Source: Octopus bimaculoides
Taxonomy: Eukaryota
Assembly: GCF_001194135.2 (NCBI RefSeq)
Contig: NC_068983.1
Location: forward strand, 111,946,847 to 112,010,846
Length of the DNA: 64,000 bases
Direction: 5' to 3'
The translations under genes and the position numbers were made by a program. The notes under the pieces were generated by a model. The model was not told where the DNA came from. It ran no database searches and saw only the letters and a list, made by a program, of their open reading frames with translations. Of the stretch, positions 24,900 to 39,339 are shown in pieces. Numbering within the stretch: position 1 is the stretch's first letter; each line of letters opens with the position of its first letter.

Positions 24900-26465
24900 A
24901 AAGTCCATGAAATGAGATTGCAATTGCAGTAGGCATTAGGGATTTTATATCATACCTGAAGCATTTTGTAGCATGTAGTTATTTAACTTGTAATGCCTTA
25001 CACAACTGCATTGAAGCTTTTCCAATGATAGTCATGTATGATAAAAAGCCCATCTGACCAATAGCTTTGATGTGTCCCTACACAGAGCTTTCAAGTTTGC
25101 ATTGGTTTGAAGTCGCATTGTCTTTGTTCATCTATTTCTAAAGCCCTTGCAGTGGACATTAAAGCAGTATTCAAAGCCTGATGATTTGTGCACTGTGCTG
25201 GTGACTCCACAGCCTTTACAGCAGCAGTAGTGTCAGCATTACACTTTCTTCGATTAGTGCACCGTGCTGATGATTCTGCAACCCATGCAGCAGCAGTAGT
25301 TTTAGCATTACATGCCCTCCAGGATGTGCGTTACTGTGGTGACTGTGAAGCCCTTGCAGCAGCAACAGTAGTTTCAGCATTGTGCATCCTTCAGGCTGTG
25401 TGCTGTTGTGGAGAGTCTGCAACCATTGCAGCTGAAGCATTTTTGGCAAGACACACCAACCGGATAGCATGTTGTTCAGGGGACTCAATAATCCTGGCAA
25501 CAGCAACATCTGCAGCATAATGGGCTCGGTGAGTTACAAGCGCTTCTTCAGACTTTGAAGCCTTAACGGTTGCAGAAGTTGCAGGTGCATGTACTGCACA
25601 GGCAGTGGCATCGTAGAGAGCCTGATGGGACCTCTGGTTTTGAGTTTCATTATCCTTCTGTCTTCTGGCTTTGACATCAGCATAGGACAGTCTACCAATG
25701 TGAGCTCTTTGTCTCTTAGATAGCATTTCAGCATTATCTGCAAAGTGAAGGTAGAGATGGGATTAAGTCGAATGCCTGAATGATGTTTGTTGTACTAATT
25801 TTTGCTGAGTGGGTTCAGAAAATTGTCACAATGGCCTTAAGAAGGGTTGAGACATTTAAGCTTTAGGGCATTGTGGCTAAACAATGTCTTAAGGCATTTA
25901 AAAATAATTAAAAGTTGATTTAAATTGCATGGCTACCTCAAGGAAGTGCTAATGGGCAAATATCATTCAGCTTGCAGTGCATGGGTATTGCAAAAACTGT
26001 ATAACTGTCACGACTTTGTATGAGTAAAAGCAGAGAATATATATAATATGGATTAATTTCTGATTTAGAAAATAATTATAAGTTGATTTAAATTGTATGG
26101 CTACCTTGAGGAAGTGCCAATGTGAAATATTGGTGGTTTGCAGTGAACGGCTATTGTAAAGACTGTAGTGGAAGACGAAGTGCAAATAGCATAACTATAT
26201 TATCAAGAGTTATGTCCCTTAAAGCAACTATCATTGGTACTTGTTATTTACCTATGAGAAGGTATTTTCGTCCCCTAGGGGCGGTGGTACTCATTATGTG
26301 GAAAAGCTGAAGAGTCTATGACCATCTCTGGAACATAAGTGATGTATGTTCCCAGTATGAACGAAATCGAATGAAGACTATTGATTTTAAGAGGGATCAA
26401 GGAAATGCCTGTACACACACATACACACATCTTCCGTTTTATTATATATATATATATATATATAT
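24900..26465 (-). mobile_element. Helitron 5' portion: leader and ORF start with about 23-aa STPR-like repeats, degraded
   Basis: MLSKRQRAHIGR..ETQNQR then ESPEQH/DSPQQH/QSPQ*/ESSA/ESPAQ repeats spaced 23-24 codons. The leader has (TA)n-AATAAAACGGAAG-(TG)n and a duplicated block of about 60 bp (25907-25968, 26074-26134). Confidence 0.6.
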
Positions 26466-26815
26466 NNNNNNNNNNNNNNNNNNNNNNNNNNNNNNNNNNN
26501 NNNNNNNNNNNNNNNNNNNNNNNNNNNNNNNNNNNNNNNNNNNNNNNNNNNNNNNNNNNNNNNNNNNNNNNNNNNNNNNNNNNNNNNNNNNNNNNNNNNN
26601 NNNNNNNNNNNNNNNNNNNNNNNNNNNNNNNNNNNNNNNNNNNNNNNNNNNNNNNNNNNNNNNNNNNNNNNNNNNNNNNNNNNNNNNNNNNNNNNNNNNN
26701 NNNNNNNNNNNNNNNNNNNNNNNNNNNNNNNNNNNNNNNNNNNNNNNNNNNNNNNNNNNNNNNNNNNNNNNNNNNNNNNNNNNNNNNNNNNNNNNNNNNN
26801 NNNNNNNNNNNNNNN
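26466..26815. other. Assembly gap (others: about 2212-2222, 31107-31395, 39931-40504, 41423-41432, about 42985-42994, 48586-49177, 59546-60542)
   Basis: Runs of N, mostly flanked by microsatellites. Confidence 0.98.
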
Positions 26816-27559
26816 TATATATATATATATATACACACACATACATACAAACACACACACTTCTGGAAATTCAGGAATCACAATGGTGGAAAGTATTTAA
26901 TCATTAATCAAATTCAGTAGAAGTGAGAGATAAAAATATTTATTCAATATGTTTACAGCTGCTTTGTAATTTGTATCCAATTATGTCATTGATGCTAAAG
27001 TACCCTACACACATATAAAGATAACAAATAGATGTACAGATATTGCTGTGCTGTAACATAACGAATGAGATTCTTGCATCAGAATATTTCAGAGGTTTTA
27101 AATATCTAGTTCTGCTAAAGTAAGCTCAGTTTACTCATTACATACTAATTGACAAGAGATGTATTTGTTAATGGTGCAGCCCTTTTAGATATGGAAAATG
27201 CTCATTTTAGGAATGTACTAAGATAAGTAACAAAATAAAAATAACTAAAAATAAAGCAAAATAAAATACATAATTACTTACGCACGCATACACACACACA
27301 CATACACACACACACACACTCACATTTGTGGGTTAACAAGGCAACTAATGGCCTCATGTGAAGAGATCTTTACATTTGTTCAAGCATGCCACATGGAAGT
27401 ATCACTTCTCCTCTCCATTTTGGATGAGAATACATGAGATTACATGAGACTGAACAGGATTCCAAAATAAATACCATGATATATATAATCTACTAGAGGA
27501 GCTTTCTGTGACAGTATCATGTGTCTATGAATCCAGATATTTTACTACATTTATATAGT

Positions 27560-27790
27560 GGAGGCTTAGTGATTAGGATGTTGGACTCATAAGATTGTGG
27601 TTTCGATTCCTGGATTGCACAACACATTGTGTTCTTGAGTAAAACACTTCATTTCCCATCACTCCAGTCCACTCAGCTTGCAAAAATGAGTAATCCAGCA
27701 ATGGACCTGCTTCCTGTCCAGGTGAGGTATTTATACACCATGGAAATCAAAAAACTGGCCTTTATCAGTTGGCATGACTCAAAAGGGTAA
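27560..27790 (+). mobile_element. tRNA-headed SINE family 3
   Basis: Collinear with 34921-35168. Confidence 0.75.
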
Positions 27791-27900
27791 CTTAATTTTA
27801 CTACACTTATGTGTGTGTGTGTGTGTTTGTGTCTGTGAGTCTGTGTGTGTACTGCATGTGTATGTGTATGTGTGTCTGTGTAAATATATATATATACATA

Positions 27901-27955
<55 letters not shown>

Positions 27956-28929
27956 ATATATGTGTATATGTATGTATGTAAATATGTATATTGTGTATCT
28001 TCTATGTTTTTGATTATTATAAATCTTCCACTAAAGCATGAGCCGGTTTCCAACAAAGATACAAGGTTCCATCTTTGAGATGTAGTTAACACAGACAAAT
28101 TCACATTTGGAACTTAAGAAGAGTCTTGCATATTTTTACTGTTCCACTCACAGATTTCACTTGTAATGTACAAATTAGCCGGTCAATTTCTCTTTCTGAA
28201 AATCCCATATGTATGTACATATGTGTGTATGTATGTATGTATGTATGTATGTATGTATGTATGTATGCATGCATGTATGTTCATATGTGGATATCATAAG
28301 TTTATTATCAGTTTTTTATCATGAGATTTCCAAGTAAGCATGGGTTAGATGAATATATTTCTGTGGCATTATCATACAGCCAGATGCCCTTTCTGTTGCT
28401 ATTCCTTGTCTGGTTTTCGAATAAAGGATCTCTTATTCTGTATAATCTATGAAGGTATACAGAGTGATTCACTAACAGAGAAAACGACATCAAGTTTAAC
28501 CACCAGTAACTAAGTAACTTTCTAACAGATGTAAACAAGCATTCACACACACGTGTGCGCAGACACACATAGGCACACACACACGCACAAACACACATGC
28601 ACACACACGCACACGCGCACGCACACACACACACACACACATAAATGACGAGTATCATTTCAGCTTCCCTCCACTAAATCCTCCCTCAAACTTTGGTTGA
28701 TCTAAATAAGGGTACAAAACACTTATCCAAAGTGCTACACAGTGAGGCTGAGTTGAAAACTATGTGGTTAGGAACTGTAAAAGATATATTCAATTTGAAA
28801 AACATGCCTGAGTACTTACAAATTAAAAGTCTGCAGTGCTAGGCTGTTTATCACTATGAAGAGACCAACCCAGTCCTGAGCAAAACTCAGAGTAGATTGT
28901 CGATATTTGAATGTGCTGTTGCTGCATAA

Positions 28930-29130
28930 ATGCTCCCATGCCAGTGGTACATAGAAAGCATCCAACACACTTTGTTAGGTGGTTGGCATTAGGAAGGGCA
29001 TCCAGCCATAGAAGCCATGCCACAACAGACAATTGGAGTCTGGACAACTCCTAGTTGGTCAGCTCCATATCAAACCGTCCACCCTATGTCATCATGGAAA
29101 ACAGACACTAAACAATGATGATGATGATAT
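28930..29130 (+). mobile_element. RTE 3' end, older copy
   Basis: TGGTTGGCATTAGGAAGGGCATCCAGC..GATGATGAT. Confidence 0.8.
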
Positions 29131-30354
29131 ATATATATCCATTCAACCCATTGTAATGAGTTGTATATCAGAATATTTACATAATATTTGTACTGTGTGC
29201 ATTTTTTCATAGCATGCTTTGTTTTCAATTTTTCTTCTTTGTTTCTTTTTTTAATATAAACAGTAATATTAAGTGAAAATATGTTTCTCACAAAATTTAT
29301 GGCAAAAATTTATAATTGCATTTTGATCAAAAGACCTGCTACCCCAACCACAACAAAACCTCTCACTACCACTAACTGTAATTATAATTCATTCACTTTG
29401 TCTCGCCTGCATTTAGTTTATTTTACTACCACTCATTCCTTCTCTGTTTATCCTTTTAGTCTCTTGCTGCCAGTGTGACCATGAACAAAAACATGTAAAT
29501 TTTTGGATGTTACATGCAATACAAAGTAGTAGTAGAAACACAAGTGACTTTTTGGTGTGTTAAATGTAACAGAAAAGTAAGATTTGAATATTTACAAATA
29601 CACCCTCATTTATGTAATCTCTATAAAGAAATGGATAAAACAAATCATTCCTTCCTATATTTATTTCTATATTTACTAGTTTGTATGTATCCATGCTCTC
29701 CATCAAAACCTTTCATTATCTAATAAAACTTTCAACTCTTGTCTCAAATTTTTCTCACCAATAGGCATTCGTCACATATGTCTTCCTGTCATCACAATAA
29801 CAGCCTTTCACTCATCGTCTTATCCAATAAATTATGGGAAGTCCTTTCAGTTTTAGCATTTGATATTTTCTTTCAGTTTACCATAAAAGCAAAATTATAT
29901 ATTCTTCAAAAGTTTGGTATACTTCTAAATTATAGCAAAATGTTTATAAGATAGGTAATAAACAGCTAATATAAATATCATACAGTCTAGTTAATCAATA
30001 ATCAGCAAAGTATTATTTTCGATTCTCCAATAAACCTAGAATTTCCTTTTTCTGATTATATTTTTGTAACTTTATATCTTGCCCTTTCTACATATATTGA
30101 GACTTAAATTAAAACAGGAATAAAATAAAATGAAAATGAAACAAAATAACAAAAACTTACAAATGAAAAAAAATGTTCATCTATTCCTTCAGGCATGGGA
30201 TCTTGAAGAGAATTCCAATGACAAGAACAATAAGAAATGCTCTGAAAGCTATGGTTTCCAGAATTTGATGGCAGCTCAAATTGAGAGGAAAAAAAAATAC
30301 TTGTCTTCTTTGTATCCATCAAAACTCCCCACTTAGAACCTTCCGCTAGCAATA

Positions 30355-31071
30355 TATTGTAGTCTTTTATTCTTTTATGTTTCAGTAATTTGACTACAGC
30401 CATGCTGGAGCACCACCTTAAAGGATTTTAGTCAAGAAATCAACCCCAGGGCTTATTATTTGTAAGCCTAGTACTTATTTTATTGTTCTCTTTTGCCAAA
30501 TTGCTAAGTTACAAGGACCTAAACACACCAACATCAGTTGTCAAGCGATGGTAGGGAGACAAACACTGACACGCACACTAATATATACACATATATATAT
30601 GATGGGCTTCTTTCAGTTTCTGTCTACCAAATCCACTCACAAAGGATTGGTCAGCCTGAGGCAATAGTAGAAGATACTTACCCAAGGGCCCACACAGTGG
30701 GACTGAACCTTGAACCAAGTGGTTAGGAAGCAAGCTTCTTACCACACAGCCATGACACACAGATGTGCACACACACACACACACAAGATATGCATATATA
30801 TGTACATGTATGCAATGTATGTATGTATATATACCATTATATACATAGATATACATACATATATATATATTATTTTATTGTTTTTTCTTTTGTTTCAGTT
30901 ATTTGACTGTGGCCATGCTGGAGCACTGCCTTTAGTCAAACAAATCAACCCCAGGACTTATTTTTTGTAAGCCTAGCACTAATTCTATTGATCTCTTTTG
31001 CCAACCCACTATGTTACAGGACATAAACACACCAACACAGGTTGTCAAGCAATGGTAGGAGAACAAACACA

Positions 31072-31106
<35 letters not shown>

Positions 31107-31845
31107 NNNNNNNNNNNNNNNNNNNNNNNNNNNNNNNNNNNNNNNNNNNNNNNNNNNNNNNNNNNNNNNNNNNNNNNNNNNNNNNNNNNNNNNNNNNNNN
31201 NNNNNNNNNNNNNNNNNNNNNNNNNNNNNNNNNNNNNNNNNNNNNNNNNNNNNNNNNNNNNNNNNNNNNNNNNNNNNNNNNNNNNNNNNNNNNNNNNNNN
31301 NNNNNNNNNNNNNNNNNNNNNNNNNNNNNNNNNNNNNNNNNNNNNNNNNNNNNNNNNNNNNNNNNNNNNNNNNNNNNNNNNNNNNNNNNNNNNNNTGTAT
31401 GTATGTATGTATATATAGATGCAGGAGTGGCTGTGTGGTAAGTAGCTTGGTTACCAACCACATGGTTCCAGGTTCATTCTCACTGCGTGGCACATTGGGC
31501 AAGTGTCTTCTACTATAGCCTCGGGCCGACTAAAGCCTTGTGAGTGGATTTGGTAGACGGAAACTGAAAGAAGCCCGTCGTATATATGTATATGTATGTG
31601 TATGTATGTGTGTGTATGTGTTTGTGTGTCTGTGTTTGTCCCCCAGCATCACTTGACAGCTGATGCTGGTGTGTTTACGTCCCCGTAACTTAGTGGTTCA
31701 GCAAAAGTGACCAATCGAATAAGTACTAGAGTTCCAAAGAATAAGTCCTGGGGTCGATTTGCTCGACTATAAGGTAGTGCTCCAGCATGACCGCAGTCAA
31801 ATGACTGAAACATGTAAAAGAGTAAAGAGTAAAGAGAGAGTGGTA
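30355..31845. mobile_element. Cluster of SINE family 1: 30355-30760 (-), 30870-31106 (-, runs into a gap), 31418-31845 (+)
   Basis: Each matches 44493-44894 or its reverse complement. Confidence 0.85.
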
Positions 31846-31949
31846 TAAATACATACATACATACAATATGTACATACACACACACACACACATATATATG
31901 TATATACATATCCTCTGTGTGTGTGTATGTGTGTGTTGGAAAGTGGTGT

Positions 31950-34600
31950 AGAGGAATCTAAACCAAATATTAAAAACATTGACAGAAGCAATACAAGTCC
32001 TCAATCAGCAGAACAGGAATATCAATAAAGAAAGCCTTGATATTAAACTGGAGAAAAATGGACTAAGACTCCAATCCTGATCTTACACTTGAGAGGTATC
32101 TGCAAATACAGAAAAATGTCATAGACCACCAAAGATGTATTAAATGAGATGGCTGTTGCCACAGATTTCTACAAGGATGTAGGAAATGTTCATCTTGTGG
32201 CAGAGAGACACGAGAAATTGAATGTGTTACTGAACAATGAATTAAATGACTGATTTCAATACATCTACAAAAAAAGTGACAGCACAGCTAGCATGCATCC
32301 TCCTCATGCACTACACATAAACATACATATACAAACACACACAATCAACCACAAATACACAAACACATACACACAAACACACACAAGCACACAAACACAT
32401 ACACACAAACACACACACATACACATATACATACTACTAGACAAGATGGCAGGAGAAAACCATAGATCACGGCAATCAAACAACATTTTTCACTGCCGGA
32501 ATATAGTGTGGCAGCTGATCTGGATATAACAGCAACAATCATTGTATAAAGCCCTTTCACATAATAAATCTTGGATGTCCATCCTGTACATCACCTAACA
32601 TGTAAAACAAATTATACTAGTAAATTACAAAAGTTTCTTATGACTAATAACAGCAGTAAAATTCCCTACCTAATGACCCCATCATATGTATTCAGGTTAT
32701 AGGCATAGAACTGACAGCAGATATATTAAAGCTGAACTTCCTATATCAGAGTATGTTCTCTTTTATTATAAGATAAAAAGAAGCCATGGAGGAGGTGAGA
32801 TTTGTATCTACAAAGACATAACATGATCAGTGCTGCTGTCAGGCTCAAATTGTTTGTAGCATTAATAGTATATATAAAGCATAGTTTTGGACATCTCTAT
32901 TGATAAATTAAATTATGGTAAAAAAAATTTGAAATAAAACTGCCCAACAGCACTATAGAGCAACATAGACAAGAATACTAATGTACTAATACTAATTTGG
33001 ATAGCTTCACTTCCCCTATTTAAAACTGTTAAGGAGCCATATTCTCTCAGTATGATTGTAGACAGGACTGTCTCAGTTTTCCTTGGCTAGTATGGAGTTT
33101 GGGGAACAAATAGTCTGCTGCCCCACCAGAGCACTAGCGTAGCTACGGGGCACAGTAGGGGTGGTCTGCCCTAGGCGGAACTTTTCATCCAGTTGTAAGC
33201 TATTGCTGTTGGCAATATGTGTTTTTGTGGGGTCCAGGAGTGGTAAAAAGAAGAGTGGCACACACTCTAGCTAAGCTAGTGCACCAGAGACAGCAACACA
33301 TTTGAATCTCTACATTATAAATAATGGAGAAATCACCCACAAGGTAAATGTGATTTCTATTCCCTTACTTGACCATAACATTAAAAAATTAATAATGTGT
33401 GGTCACAAAGGAATGAGTTACACAGCAGCCTAACAAAGTAAACCAATCCAGCCCAAATTTAATTCTCACAAGGTTTTGTAATGATCAACTGAGAAAAATT
33501 TGTGAATAAAACAAACCCCAAATCCCCTGTATGCAAGACAACAAAGTAGCACTTAAGTAATTTATATCAATAATGCAAGCTGTATACATTAAAGGTGTCC
33601 CAACAAGCAAAGCTGATAATGCTTACAAAAATATCATCTCCAGAGACATGAAATTTGTCATGAGACTAAGAACAAAGATTAAATAAATCACAAAAATCAA
33701 TAAATGGATAAAATGAAAAAAAGAATCAGTTACAAATTGACCTCATAGACATCAAAATAAAAAATGAAATAAAACTGAAATGTGAGGGAGGCTATAAAAA
33801 CAAACCAGCTCTGAAGTTTGCTAGTTTCACAAACAAATGGAGAAGACCCACTGTGCACCCCAAAATGGGACCATTGTTTGAAGGAAGCATATCACTCCTT
33901 GTAGAACCTCTCAAAGTAAGTGAAATACACAAGTAACTTTTCAACAGTATTTCACAATCCAGCTGGTATACAAACAAATAGCTGGGCCAACAGTCTTCAA
34001 TGCTACCTTGTTTCTTATAGAAGTTGCAGCTATCATTATATGGGCATAAAAGAAACTAATATTAAAATGTGATAAACTCAGTAGAGCTTGATGGTTTCTC
34101 AAAAATTTTCTTTCAAATATGTAATAAGACTTTAGACAAATCACTTCAGCTGCTTTTCCAAAGCTTTCTTGTAAGCTGTTCATACAGGAAGAAGCAGAGC
34201 AGATGTTAAAGTAAAGTACAAGCCTATACCTCTGGCTTCGCATACTCTGAAGGTCATGAAACAAGCTATCAGAGGAATTGATTGTGTTCCTAAAGAAAAG
34301 TTACTTTTTAAGTGATACCCTCCATAGTTTTATCTTAGGAACAAGTGTCACAAAGCTGCTGAAAAATTATGATTGGATTCACTCAATCAAATCTAGATGT
34401 TGCCTACCAGGATTTTAAAACACTTTTCATAGAGCTGATTGTATGCCACAATGTTTATAACCTCAGTATTGTAGGAAAACTAAGAGTGACTATGTGTGAC
34501 TTCTGAAAGTACATAAGTCAAGTTCTGCAGCCAACAATACCTTCTCTAAAGGCTCAGTTTTCCCCAATAGATTACTACAAGGAATTGTCTTAAGGTTGTT
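31950..34600 (+). mobile_element. CR1/L2-like LINE, highly degraded: ORF1 zinc knuckles, APE endonuclease, RT
   Basis: Manual translation: QRCIK*..CRKCSSCGRETREIEC (about 32160-32230); ELPISEYVL..SHGGGE (about 32730-32800); YKPIPLAS..LKVM, LDVAYQDFK (about 34215-34420). Confidence 0.55.
33132..33281. mobile_element. 150-bp hAT-type MITE
   Basis: Exact 8-bp TSD CACCAGAG (33124-33131 and 33282-33289); 14-bp TIR with 13/14 match (CACTAGCGTAGCTA). Confidence 0.9.
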
Positions 34601-34920
34601 ATATAAATAGACGTTAAAGTGTTATTTTCAGCTGATGATCTCAAAGTGTGATTTTTCATGCAGAGAGCGAAATCAATTGATCCTGAGATATGCACATTCC
34701 TTACTTCTGTATTCCATGCAAGCTAAGTCTATTTCTGTTATGTTCATTACATTGGCCGTGTATATCTTAACAGTGAGTAATTGGTGGTTTTGGAGTGTTT
34801 ATAGCAAGTGGTATTTTATATTACCCTATTGAATCTGGCCATTGAAAATTCCTGTGGAAAATAGAATTTTCAATGGCCGGATAACTGAAGAGATGGCAGC
34901 ATGTGTGTGTGTGTATATGT

Positions 34921-35168
34921 GGAGGCACGTGGCTTAGTGGTTAGGGTGTCAGCATCATGATCATAAAATTGTGGTTTCGATTCTTGGACCAGGCGACGCG
35001 TTGTGTTCTTGAGCTAAACACTTCATTTCACGTTGCTCTAATCCACTCAGCTGGCAAAAATGAGTAACGCTGCGATGGACTGGTGTCCTGTCCAGCTGGG
35101 GAACACATGCACCATTGAAACTGGGTAACCGGGCCCATGAACCTGGCTAGGCTTTAAAAGGGTGCCTT
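34921..35168 (+). mobile_element. tRNA-headed SINE family 3
   Basis: TGGCTTAGTGGTTAG (A box), GGTTTCGATTC (B box), CORE-like TGTGTTCTTGAGC.AAACACTT. Confidence 0.8.
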
Positions 35169-35172
35169 TATT

Positions 35173-35213
<41 letters not shown>

Positions 35214-35899
35214 GAGAGAGAGAGGTGGGAGGGAGAGAGACAGAAAGGCAGACAAACAGGCAGGCAGACAGGCAGACAGACAGACAGATAGCTAGATAAT
35301 GTTTTGCAAAATTAATTACTAAAATAATAACACACAAAACAAAGTAAAAACAAGTGTAATTGTAATATTAACACTTAATGACATTTTAAGAAAGTAGACA
35401 TGTTTTAGATAGTTAGATGGTGAAGAGAAGGAAGAAGTATGGAATATGGAAAAGATATGGAAGTAACAAAGAACTATACATTCATTATCAAATTTTGTTG
35501 GAAATGATGGAGTTCAAATGATTGGATATATCTTAGAAGGAATGAGTTTCCATTCACAAAAGAGCAACAAGGGAGGTAACAGCGTAGAAATTATGTGTAT
35601 GAGCACGTGCATGTATAATTTTACTGAATGCAAGTGAAAACCCACTATGTATATGGAGTCACTGCTATGGGTTTTTAATCGTGACAAATGTATGTGTATA
35701 TGTGTGTATTGTTTGTAAAGTGTTTTATTTGCATGTTATTTTCAAAATGTGCACACATAGATGCATACACAAATGCTCACACACACATAGACATAAACAC
35801 ACATTTGTGTGTATATGCATGTGTTTGCCGTGTACTTGCGTATTGTGATTGGCTTAGGGCTGTTGTGATTGATGCATTTATGGAGGTTTTGTGGGAGTG

Positions 35900-36300
35900 A
35901 AAGAGAGTGTAGTGTGTGTTAAAATTATACTGTGATGAGGTTGAGTCTATGAGGAATAGAAATGAGTTCCTGAGAGAGATGGAGATAATGGAATTGATTA
36001 AAAGGAAGGAGTAGTGAGTAGGTCTGGTGCAGAGGGTAGCACTGCAGCAGAAAGGGCTGTCCGAATATGAGCTTTGAAAGTGAGGGAGGGCTGATTGATG
36101 ATAATGGTGATATTGAGAAAGTTAAATGTGGTGTTAAAAAGTGAAAAGGTGATTTTTAGGAAGGGTATGGAAATTACAGATGAAACTATGGACAAGTAGC
36201 TCACATTGATAAAAGGCACACTTAATGAAGGTGAGATAAATTCAGGAAGAAGTGGAAAGTAATGGGGTTAGATTAGATGATTTGGAATGCATGCATGATA
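35900..36300 (-). mobile_element. PLE RT fragment
   Basis: ORF 35998-36219 LKITFS..NTTFNFLNITI parallels VNFLDISITI of the neighbouring copy. Confidence 0.45.
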
Positions 36301-36559
36301 GAGCACTGGAGGAGTGGATGCAAGATGATTCACAATCATGAGATCCTTAGTTCAGTCCCACAATGTGACATTTTGGGCAAGTGCATTTACCCTGATCTTG
36401 TACTATCACAAGCCTTGTGAGAGAATTATGGTAGATGGAAAGTGTTGGCTCAATTGTACATTGTACCTGTAATTAAAAGGTCTAGCCTTACCTTAGGGAT
36501 ATCACACAGATTCTACCTGAAAATTAGATTGTGGGTACACATGTTTTTGGAGTGTCAAC

Positions 36560-36914
36560 CATTCCTTACCTTAATTTAATGAGTAGGTTATCTACTTGAT
36601 CAAATAACTGGATGCTCATACATAAAAACCAACATGAAGGTCCACAATGAAAGGATTGTAGGTGAGAAGAAAACAAGGCCAGTTGTCAGTTGTAGACAGA
36701 ATAAGCATGGCAGGAGAGACTGGAGATGCAGGTGATTTTACAGATGCAAGTGAGGACAATTAGAAGCAAAGTGAAAGGTACCGGAATTTTGTGAAGATTT
36801 TTCTCTCAAAATCACGAATTGTCTCTCAAAATCAAGGTCACAGCTACAGAAATGGTGAAGGCAGAGAAATTAGAATCGGAACAGGGTTATGGAATGTTTG
36901 GTGTGTGTGTGTGC

Positions 36915-36946
<32 letters not shown>

Positions 36947-36957
36947 GTGTCTGTGTG

Positions 36958-37022
<65 letters not shown>

Positions 37023-37790
37023 ATGCGTGCATGTGTGCATGATAGGTTGGAGAAGAAGAACCAATGAAAGTCAAAAGGTTTATTAAAGCTGGAAATACTG
37101 GGGAAGAGCGAGGAGCGATGGATTGTAATAGAGATGTCAAGAAAGTTAACTATGGTGTGGAAGAGAATTCTAAGGAAGGGTGAAATGAGTTGAAGAAAGT
37201 AATGAGGACACTGAGCTGAGATGTGAAGTAGGAAAGTGGTCTCAATACAGACGTTTATGTAACTGCTACCTATGTTATGGGTTGAGTTTAGTGATCTTTG
37301 AGGAAAAAATCTGGGCCTCAACAAGCACATGCAATGAAATAGACTGTCATAATTGAGGTCCATTATAGCACCAGTAGGCACTCCAGTTGATACAAGTCTA
37401 CAGCAGATGATAAGCAATTAAAAATGAGTACATGCTTGGCTTAACAGAAGAGAATGGAGCAATAGATTGAAGTGCAGTGCAGTAGTTGAGAAAATGTTGT
37501 AAAGTAATAAAGTTGTCATTGTGAGAAATGACAGTCTATAGAAGACGTGAATTAGAGTCAGGACGCATGACTTGGAGAAGCAGAGAAGTGACAGGATGAA
37601 GTCAAGGCTTTTTGATGAGTTTGGTTGGGTTATGGAAGACTAAGACAATGGAGAGTCTGGGTTGCTAGGTTTGTGTATTTTGATAAAGAAATATTTGACA
37701 GGGACATGAAGATTGATGATGGGTGGGGAAGAAAGAGGAAGAAATGAGTTGGTGGGAAGTAGAAGACATGTGACTTTGTTGGTTGGCTAT
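36560..37790 (-). mobile_element. PLE RT plus GIY-YIG relic interrupted by (GT)n
   Basis: GVPTGAIMDLNYDSLF (about GxAMGxxMxPxYAxLF), [30 protein letters not shown], then a Cys-rich GIY-YIG-like stretch. Confidence 0.65.
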
Positions 37791-37915
37791 AGAGTCAGAG
37801 AATAATGGGCAATAGAAGTTGGGCTTGTGAAGCTATGAAAGCAGCCCCAACTCCCGCACACATACATCATCATCATCATCATGAGTAAATATGTGTCTAT
37901 GTATGTATAGTAAAG

Positions 37916-37946
<31 letters not shown>

Positions 37947-38079
37947 CAAACACACACATGTGTATACCCAACCCATGCCAGTATGAAAAACAGGTGATAA
38001 AGGATGATGATGTTGATGATATATATATATATGAAATGTATATTATATATAATATACATGAACAAAACATTTGAGCAAG

Positions 38080-38290
38080 GTTGTTGCCAGTGTCGCTTGA
38101 CTGACTCCTGTACATGTGGCACATAAAAAATACCATTTGAGCGTGGTCGTTGCCAGTACCGCCAGTTTGGCCCTCGTGCCAGTGGCATGTAAAAGCACCC
38201 ACTACACTCTCAGAGTGGTTGGCATTAGGAAGGGCATCCAGCTGTAGAAACTCTGCCAGATCAGATTGGAGCCTGGAGAGATCAGATTGG
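38080..38290 (+). mobile_element. RTE 3' UTR piece with about 2 tandem units, tail missing
   Basis: GTTGCCAGT..GGCATGTAAAAGCACCC..GGCATCCAGCTGTAGAAAC. Confidence 0.8.
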
Positions 38291-38469
38291 AGAGGGAGGA
38301 GGCTAGAACAGAACAGTTTTCTTGTTACAGAGACATATGTGCATATATATGTCTATATAAAATGCATACCAGCATGTATTCACACATCATGTACATCAAC
38401 ATTTATGATTCACTTCCAGAGAAATACACATACACAGAGGCAGGAAGATGTGTGTGTGTGTGTGTGTGT

Positions 38470-38805
<336 letters not shown>

Positions 38806-39339
38806 CATTAATAGCAGCTACTAGATCTGTTCAAAAGCTTTCCTACTGCTATATGACTACATGTTAATCTTGTTGGAGACACCAATATTCTATACTTGAA
38901 AGAAAACCATGGAATTTATAGAATAGTTATTCAATATAATGATATGTGAATATTTACAAATGCGTGTATTTTAAGTTGAAACTGTTTACATTCTTTTACC
39001 TTGATATCAAACACTGTCTTTGTCTAAATTTTACACAACTATTACTACTACTATGTAAATTTCTATGTGTGTATGTATATATTTACATATATTCTATATT
39101 CCATGAATTCTTCTTATTATTGTTGTTATTACTGAGTGAGAGAGCAGTGCATGACGTCAAAGTGACACTGGGGTACAAATATATGAAGCCCAATATACCC
39201 ATCATTACTACCCATCTGATAAGGGTACACCAGGCACATGAATCATAACCATATGTGCACAACATGGTGATCTCATATTGCAATTTCATGGCAATATGTT
39301 TCTGCAGTAATGGTTTTTCTGGGTTTTAAGAAGTTATAG

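Noticed and set aside
25188-25520. Plus-strand 110-aa Ala/Val-rich ORF
   Set aside because: Antisense shadow of the repeat-coding Helitron-like frame.
26275-26920. ORFs spanning gaps (also near 31000-31500, 39800-40600, 48500-49260)
   Set aside because: Mostly X residues plus microsatellite translation.
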